DNA of 64,000 bases from Cyanophora paradoxa CCMP329 (lineage: Eukaryota; Plantae; Glaucophyta): the NCBI GenBank assembly GCA_004431415.1, contig QPMI01000089.1, positions 310,001 to 374,000 on the forward strand. Reading direction: 5' to 3'. How positions within the stretch are numbered: the stretch's first letter is position 1; each line of letters starts with the position of its first letter. This document shows positions 56,395 through 64,000 of the stretch, piece after piece. Position numbers and translations under genes: made by a program. The notes under the pieces were generated by a model. The model was not told where the DNA came from. It made no database searches and was given only the letters and a program-made list of their open reading frames with translations.

Positions 56395-59300
56395 CATGGC
56401 GGCCTCGGTGGCGGGCACGCCGGTGGGGAGCGCGCGACGGCCCTCGTTGTCCGGGCCCGGCGCGGCGCCGGCGCTCGTGCTCCAGCCGCCGGGCACGGCC
56501 GCCGGTGGCGTCGTGTCGCTTCTGGAAGGCGGTGGCGCGCCGGCGCCGGTGCCGGGCGCGGCGGCGGGCCTCGCGGCCGGATTCTCGCCCGTCGCCCTCG
56601 TGATCGACCCGGCGGTATCGGAGCCGCGCGCCGGCTCGGCCGGCGGCGGCGGCGCCGCCGCCGCCGCCGGCGAGTACCCGAGCGACGCCGAGGGTGAGGC
56701 GGCGGCGGTGCTGCCGCCCCGGGCTTCCGGCCTGGGCCTCCTGGCCGCCGAGGGCGCCGCCGATCCCTACGCCAGCATGGGCGGCACCAGCGTCTACACG
56801 TCCGTCGGCGGGCCCTACACCTCCGTCGGCGGCGCCACGACGCTCGGCGGTGCCTACACAACCGTCGGGGGCGCCTCGACCGCAGCGGGCGGGCCCTACG
56901 CAAGCGTCGGCGGACCCTACGCGAGCGTGGGGGCCGCCAGCGCCTCGCCTTCGGCCTTGGGCCCCGGCGGGCCCTACGCGAGCGTCGGCGGCGCGATGAT
57001 GGCGGCCCTGTACGCCACGCCCTACGCCTCCGTCGGGGGCGCCAGCGCCGTTTCCTCCGCCGCGGGGCCCTACACGATCGCCGCGCTCTACGCCAGCGTC
57101 CACGCCGGCGCCCCGTCCGTCCCCCCGGACACGCCCTCGGATCTGGGCGGCGGAGGGGACGGCCTGGGGTGGGACATGGCGCGCGTGCCCCTCCCCGACG
57201 ACCTCCTTGCCTTCGATCTGCGGGACGAGGAGTGCCAGACCGACCCCCTCCTCCTCCCCCCCGAGCCTTCCCCTTCCCCCCCCGCCGCCGCTCAACAGCC
57301 CTCCAGCAGCAGCGCTCGCTCCCCCCATCCGCCCCCCCCTCCGCCGTCCCTTTCCCCCGCGCTGCACCTCCGCTCGCGGCAGGCCGCCTGGCTCGCGGCC
57401 GCCTCGATGCTCTACCCGGCCGCCCCGCCCGAGCCGCCCCCGCCGGGCCTCGGCCTGGGGGGAGGCCAGGAGGAAGGCGAGGAGCAGGAATTAGATCTGG
57501 AGGGGGCGCTGCGGGGCGGCGTGGCCCTCCGCCGCGCTGCCGCCATGCTCGCCTGCTCCAACTCCGTCGCGCGGCCGTACATGGACCCGGAGGGCCTCGA
57601 GGAGCTTGGGCCCCAGCACGGCCTCCTCTTCTCCCGCAAGCCCGTCATGCTCGAGGCGTACGCCGGGTTCTTCACGGGGACGGGCCTCGGCGGCCGCGGC
57701 CGCGTCCGCCCCAAGGCACAGGCGAGTGACGGGCGCCGACCTCGCCGCTCGAAGGGAGCCTAGGCCTAGGCCTCCAGCCCCGTGGCGAAGAATCTTGCTG
57801 GGCTTAAGAAGCGCGCGGAGAAATAGCCTAATATGGCTTTAGGCTATTAGGCTTATTAGCCATAGCCATATTAGGCTATTTCTCCGAAGAAGCTTGCTGG
57901 GCTTAAGAAGCTTGCTGCGCTTGCCTGCTGAGGCTCGACGACCCTCGGAGCGAGCGAGCGAGCCCCCAGCCTCAGGATAATCTCATGATCGACTAACGAG
58001 ACTGACGAGCCCGCCCCGCCCCGCCCCGCCCCGCCCCGCCCCGGCTCGCGCAGGTGATGCGGTTCATCTACAGCGTGTACGTGGAGAAGCTCGACGCAGA
58101 CGCCGTCGCAGAGCTCGCACGCCGCGAGAAGGTCCGCCCGCCCCGCCCCGCCCCGCCCCGCCCCGCCCCGCCCCGCCCCGCCCCGCCCCGCCGATATGGA
58201 GAGAAGAGTTAGCAGAGAGAGCTCTACACCGATAGAGACGGGTAGCCGACAGCCACCCCGCCTAGTCCCAGCTCTCTCCCCCCACACTGACCCCGCCCCG
58301 CCCCCCGCCCCCCGCCCTCCCTTCGCTTCTGCCCCGCAGGAGACGCTGGCGGAGTTCTTCGTCGACTTCTTCCACGCCAAGTTCGGCGTCGCAGCCCTCG
58401 CAGACCTCGTAAGCCTAGTCCTTCCTTTCACGTTACGAGTCCTAAGAAAGGCTACCTTCCAAGAAACTGCCTCATAGTGATTCTAGTCCTTCTAGTCCTT
58501 CTTATAGGTTCCTCTAGTCTAAGTTCGGCGTCGCGGCCCTCGCAGACCTCGCGCGCCCGTTCCCTAAGAGGAACTGCCTCCTAGTCCTACTAGTCCTCCC
58601 TTGTTATGAGATTGCACATTAGTGATTATCCTGGTGGTTATTGCACTTTGTAAGACTGCTACCTTTAATTTTTATCGTTTTTATTTGCTTCTGCTGCGTT
58701 GTTTGCCTCCTAGTCCTTCTGTCTCGTTCCCTAAGAGGAACTGCCTCCTAGTCCTTCTAGTCCTTCTGCCTCGTTTGCCTTCTGCTGCGTTGTTTCTTCT
58801 TCGTCTTCCGCTGACGGGCGGCGGGGCCAGAACCTGCGGGACGCGCTGGCGTCCGTGCGCCACTACGGCCGCCACTCCGGCGTCCCGGTTCGCCCGCCCG
58901 CCTCCGCCCGCCCCCGGGGGCCGGCCCGGCCCGGAAGCGAGGCCGGCGCCTCACTCGCGCCCCGCCCACCCCCGCCCCCGCCCGCCCGCCCCGGCCGGGG
59001 AGGGGGAGTGGGGGGAGGGGGGGGAGGGGGGGGGGGGGAGAACCTGAAACCCCTGGCCGAGAGCAAGCTAAAGGCTAACCGGCCGGCGCCTGACTCTTCT
59101 TCGGCGCAGCGGGCGAAGATGTTCGGGGCGCTGGTGGGCGTCTGCGGCGACCCGTACCCCGCCGACGTCGCCGACCTGCTCCTGTGCGCCCCCCGTAACC
59201 CCAGGAACCGCGTTCCTGATTGAAAGTCTAGAGGAAAGAATTTAAGAGAAGAAAGATAGAGATCTAGAGAGAAGCCCTGAGGCGGGGCGGGGCGGGCGCA

Positions 59301-61075
59301 GCTTCGTGTTCGGGCTGGTGTACGACCAGGTGGGGCGCACGGCCCTCCTCGGGCCCGACACCTCCGCCGCCGCCGCCGTCGCCGCCGCCTCGGGCGGCGC
59401 GGCGAGGCTGGGCCTGGACGCCCCCACCAGCTTCGGGCCGCCCCCGGCCGGGCAGGAGCCGCCCGGCGGGGCCAGGCCGCAGGCGCCGGCCCTCGCCGCC
59501 GCCGTGCAAGTCAGGGAGGAGGCGGAGGCGGGGGCGACGTGCCGCGTGCCCGTCGACGTCCTCGTGGAGGTCCCGCCCACCTATCTGCCCTACCCATCCC
59601 AACCCATCATCTACTCATCCATCCTTGCCCTTGCCCCTGGCGCAGGCGGCGGCGCGGGCGCTGCGGTCGCTTGAACAGCGGCGCATGGAGATGCTCAAGG
59701 CCCGCCTCATGGCCCTCGGCGACCCATCGTCCGCCCCTCCTCTTCTTTTATCTCTCTATCTTTCTATCTATAGCTAGAACTTTCTAGGACTTTCTATCCA
59801 TCTTCTTCTTATTACTTTCTACGGCTTTCTATCTTTCTAGGCGACCCCTCGTCCGCCCGCCCGCCCCTCCTCCCCCCCCTTCTTCTTCGTCCTACTCGCC
59901 CCCCATCTCACCCCCCTGCCCTCCTCTGCGCTCCAGGATGCAGCGGCTTGCCTCGCTGGACGCGGCGATGGAGACCATCGTCGACACCTACGTCTACTAC
60001 GGTGCCCGGCCCGCGCTCGTGTGTGGGACCGCGGTCTTATGTATGTATAAGGAGCTTTGAGCTCTGCGCACGCCTCCAGCACGTGCACACGAGCCATAAA
60101 GACCCCCCCCCCCTCCCCCTTCTGACTCCCTTCCCACAGAGAGGGACCGCCTCTCGGCCGCCTGCGCGAGCGCCTACGACGTGCGCCCGCCCGCCCACGC
60201 AGCAGCCGCCCGCTCCGCTGACCCCGGGCCCCGATTGCGAGCAGCACGCGATGCCGAGCGGGTCGGGCGGGGGGGAGGATGGGGCGGCGGAGGAGCAGCC
60301 GGTAACGGCGGATGAGTTCGCGGCGATGTGCGCCGTGCTCGACCCCGAGGCCGGCCCCGCCAAGGTCAGATCAGATCGGATCGGATCAGATCAGATCGGA
60401 TCGGATAGATCAAATCGGATCGGATCGGATCGCGCTGACGTTGTGGTTTATGGCAGGCTCGGTCGGCGTTCAGGCGGGCGTGCGCGGCGCTGGGGGGCGC
60501 CGAGTGGCTGGACCGCGCCCAGACGATGCAGGTCCGTGTCTGTCTTCCTGTCAGCGCGCGGCGCCCGCCTCTCCTCTCCGGGACGGCCGGCTGGCTGGCC
60601 AGCTAGAGGGGACACCGCCCGCCCGCCCGCCCGCCCGCCCGCCCGAAGAAGTTCGCCTTGGATCTAATCTCGTCCGACGACGACGACGCAGGCCCTCAAG
60701 GCCCATCTCCTCCCATGGTTCACCATACGCTCCCAGGCGAGTCCGATCTTGATCTTGATCGTGACCGGCTGTCGCTCGCTCGCCAATTGCAAGCCTTGCA
60801 AGGCGCAGCAAATCCAAGCGCAGCAAAGTTTTAATTAGAGCCGACTAAGCGCAGCAAAGCAAAGATACAGTCAAGAACCTGACTGACTGACTGACCGGCT
60901 GACCTTCTTTGCGCGTCGCCGTGCGCAGGAGTGCATGACGCGGGAGGAGCTGGCGGCGCTGCTCGCGGCGGACGCGGAGGCCGCAGAGGCCGCCGCCGCC
61001 GAGGAGGAGGCGGAGGGCGAGGGGGGCGAGGGGGCCCTCGAGGAGGAGGGGGACGAGGAGGGTGGGGGGTACTGA
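52617..61075 (+). CDS. Axonemal dynein light chain domain protein (AXDND1-like) with a coiled coil and a C-terminal TSNAXIP1-like region, many exons
   Basis: GRKDALLLEAW...VYTMAVHEIARQ|VSVGCVERGTLLATLWSRY matches the Ax_dynein_light (PF10211) E-x2-RQV-x3-C-x-ERG-x-LL pattern. Later RFIYSVYVEKLDAD...|ETLAEFFVDFFHAKFG...AKMFGALVG. Acidic last exon ends GGY*, TGA 61073-61075. It could be two genes. Confidence 0.7.
54006..54390. repeat. Intronic tandem repeat, 91-bp unit (3 near-full and 2 partial copies)
   Basis: Unit gccctccaccgctgcccttctcacctcgaatctcgtccaatctgctccacgctagctaggctaccccactccactccactgcgtggctagt at 54006, 54097 and 54259, with partial copies near 54197 and 54360. Confidence 0.9.
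58134..58192. repeat. (gcccc)n microsatellite in an intron
   Basis: About 11 tandem pentamers. A shorter tract lies at about 58009-58043. Confidence 0.85.
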
Positions 61076-63204
61076 GCCCTCGACTCCTCGCTATCGGTCT
61101 AGATCTTAGCTTGTTGCGAACTGTACCAATGGCATTTTATGAGGAGGAGGAATTCGAAGAGGGCAGCGAGCTCGAGGGGGGTGAGGGCGACCGGGGTGCT
61201 GGTCATGATCATGACCGCCGGCAGCGGCTGCTTGTACGAGTCGTTGCAGCCGGCGGTCAATACTTGCAATATTAATATAATTATAATATTAATTGTGCGA
61301 TATATCGTGATCAAGACGATTATGCATGCGCATGCAAATGCACGATCCGGATCATCGCGGATCCGCTCCAGGACGTCGACGAAATTGAAATGCTAGATCG
61401 CCGGGGCTATGATGCATCTGGCTGTCGTCATGCATATGGCTGGCTCCGGTCGACCGCTCCGGATCCGAGGCTCCACCTAGGCCTAGGCTTCCGCTCAGCG
61501 GCTTCGAATTTCACTTCCCCTCCGCTTATAAATTAGCTATATATTCTTTTTCACAAAGCCCCATCGGCCGCGGGGCGGTGGGTTAACATTTATTTGAATA
61601 CAACATCATCCTGCGCATTTTTTAGCATTTTATTTGAGTGCGACGCAGCGCAGCCGCAGGTGTGTCCTGCGCCAGGTCTGGTGTTGCTAGAAGGGCTGGA
61701 ACCCACCCTAGCTGCGTGCGGTCCAATGACCCAGGGTGCTGGGCGCCGGGGGGTGGGAGGGGGGGCGGGGGGGGGCCGAGGGGGCCTGGCGGTAGAGGGA
61801 TCGAGGGGGGCGGGTGCCTGTGAGGGCTGATTGTGGGGGGGGGGGGGGGGGCTTGGGCATGGCCGGAAGGGCTGGGGGGCGTGCACTCGAGGCGTCAAGG
61901 GGGCGTGCACGTGTGCACAAGCCTTGAAGGCGGCGGAGGGGGTCGGCGCGGGGGGGGGGGGGGGGGGGTTGAGGAGGGGGGGGGAAGGGAGGGGGGTGCG
62001 CGGGCCTTTGGCTTTGTTCCCTGTCGGGCGCGGGGCGGGGCGCCGGCTGGTGGTTATGTGAAAGTTTATTAATGAAAAGAAAAGAAAGAAATGAGTGACG
62101 TCGACAGAGAGAAAGACATGGAGGCGCCTGAGCGAGCGGTTATATATAGTTGGCTGCTAGAGGGCCCGGGCGACTCAGGCGGCCGCGTCGGCCTGGCGGG
62201 CGGCGGGAAAAGCGAGGGCGGCGGGGTCGTCCTGGGCGAGGAGGGCGGCGAACTTGGCCGCCGCCGCAGCGTTGGCTGCGGCGTTGGCGTCCTCCGGCGG
62301 GGGCGCTCACGCCTCGGAGAGCTGCAGAGCAGCAAGCCTAGCTATAGGGCCTACCCATGAGCGGCTGCGCATGCGGCTTGGCCGCACGCATATAGCCGCA
62401 TCGGGCTGCGGCGCGACGCGAGGCGGCGCACAATCGGGTAGCTCAAAGGGAGCACCTTGGGATGCGTCGGCCCAGCTCGGCGACCCGCTCGAGCAGGTAG
62501 CTGCGCGCGCGAAGGCGTCCGTGCGGAGGCGTCTGAGCGGTGCGGCGAGAGGCGGGACTCTCACGAAGGCACCGACGACGAAGTGCGCGATGCCGCGGAT
62601 GTCTTCCGGGTTCTCCGAGGGGCGGAAGATCTAGACCCAATTATCCCCCATCTGCTGCCTGCAGCGCCGCGCGGATGGCCGCGGCGTGCTGCAGCTGCCG
62701 GCGCTGCTTGTGCCGCAGCGCGCTGAGCCTGCGCATGCGGAGCGCTCCGGCGTTGCGCAGGGGGCTGAACACGCCGCGAGAACACGCCGGGGGGCTCTGC
62801 CGGCGCCACGATCGCGCGGCGGGCGCGTGCTGCCCAGCGTGCTGGCACGCCCCGCCCGCGTCGGCCGCCGCCAACGCAGGCGAGCGAGTCGAAAAGTTCG
62901 CGGCGCGCGGAGGCCAAGGTTGCTCTTGCCGGCTGCACGACCGGCTGCAGACGACCGTATCTGCTGTATCCCCCCGCGGCCGCTCGGCGCTCGCCGCTCC
63001 TGAGTCGCACTCGCCGCACTGCGCTCCGACGGCCGAGAGAACGAAGGCCCCGTGCATCGCTCGCTGATTATGAGCTAGAGCTCGCAAACTGGAGTGCTGC
63101 AGAGGCGTGGGAACTTCGATCAGCCTCGTATTCCCAGCGCGACTGTCAGCCAGCGTCTTCCTCCTACAGCCCCAGCGCTTCTCCCCCCACGTGCGTGCTC
63201 TCAC

Positions 63205-63755
63205 ATGGGTTTGTTTGGTAAGCTTCGCCCGCTCTGCAGCTGCGCAACCGCGCACAAGCGGCCGCGTCAGCCGTGTTCTCCGCATCGTCGTCGTCGCGCG
63301 CCCTCACCGCCACCGGCGCAGAAATCAGCTTCGCTGGAGACATCGATCTGAGCAAGGTCGACGGCGAAGCCATCGGCACGGCCGCCATGGGGCGTGCCGC
63401 AGAGACTGTGGGGCATGCCACAGAGAGACTCAGTGACAATTTGGGGCGTGCGGCAGAGCGACTCAGTGACACTTTGAGTCTCTGTGCGCCCGCTCGCCGT
63501 TCAAAGCGTTCCGCAAACGTTAACCTTCGGTGCAGATACACCCGGGAAGGTGTTCCTCGGCATCGTCGCAATCATTGCCGCGCCCATCGTGACGATCAGT
63601 GCGCCGCGCGCCCGATCTGCTCCGAATACGGACCGAGATGCGAGGTCGACGCAGAGCTCGTCGACTGTGCTCTGGCCAAGTTCGGACTGGTCGGCGAGCA
63701 GAAGCACCGGGTCGCACACGAGCACGGAGTCGTGCGCGTCGAGCGCGACCAGTAA
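63205..63755 (+). CDS. Small hypothetical protein with one hydrophobic helix, multi-exon
   Basis: ATG GGT TTG TTT G|gtaagc donor. Downstream exons ISFAGDIDLSKVDGEAIG...GHATERLSDNLGRAAERLSDTL, PGKVFLGIVAIIAAPIVTI and ELVDCALAKFGLV...ERDQ*. Confidence 0.45.
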
Positions 63756-64000
63756 AGAACGTTAACGGGAAGCTTCGAGCGGCCCTCCATCCTCCACTTC
63801 CTGCATCCAATCGAGATCTGTACAGCTGTATATATCAACTTCCGCCGCAGTACTTATTGCCGCAGTGCTTTTCGTACTTTGCATTCGATATTCCATTCGT
63901 CATCGCTCTTTGTTCTCTGGGTGACTGGGGAGGGAGGGAGGCAGCAAACCGGCGTAGATGTACAAGCAGGGGGGCTCCGCCCCCCCGCACCCCCCCAGTG

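Noticed and set aside
61586-62060. Possible retroelement 3' end on the minus strand (…tgtattcaaataaa)
   Set aside because: No convincing TSD, poly(A) tail or recognisable ORF.
62120-63070. Coding-like GC-rich stretch with several overlapping ORFs
   Set aside because: No consistent spliced model or recognisable motif; possibly a pseudogene.
63968-63997. GC hairpin ggggggctccgcccccc at the window edge
   Set aside because: Could be part of a TE terminus, but it is cut off by the window boundary and cannot be assessed.

Overview
GC-rich, intron-dense eukaryotic nuclear DNA. Short GT-AG and GC-AG introns, a flagellar-type gene and Phe-initial plastid transit peptides suggest a flagellated alga, possibly a glaucophyte such as Cyanophora; this is inference. 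Most ORF-track entries are shadow ORFs, and the real genes had to be spliced by eye. Supported genes: two tandem F-box/LRR-like paralogs, a coiled-coil protein head-to-head with a STEEP1/CXorf56-like gene, a CUB-domain membrane protein, a full-size ABCG/PDR transporter, a giant Ig/PKD-ectodomain multipass (FLC/TRP-like) protein, RPS24, a plastid-targeted bacterial UgpQ-like phosphodiesterase, a hypothetical protein, a giant Cys-pair-repeat type I surface protein, an axonemal dynein light chain-domain protein and a small hypothetical gene. A lower-GC island at about 9.5-19.3 kb holds a hAT-type MITE (19-bp TIR, 8-bp TSD), a 5'-truncated LINE-like insertion (14-bp TSD) and other TE debris. The most unusual signal is a window-wide mutational signature: 6-bp inverted-triplication insertions (X to X-rc(X)-X, X = 3 nt), seen directly when locally duplicated sequences are compared. 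Many introns also carry echo copies of their own exon-intron junctions, and a GNRA-capped Y-shaped ~90-bp element occurs twice.
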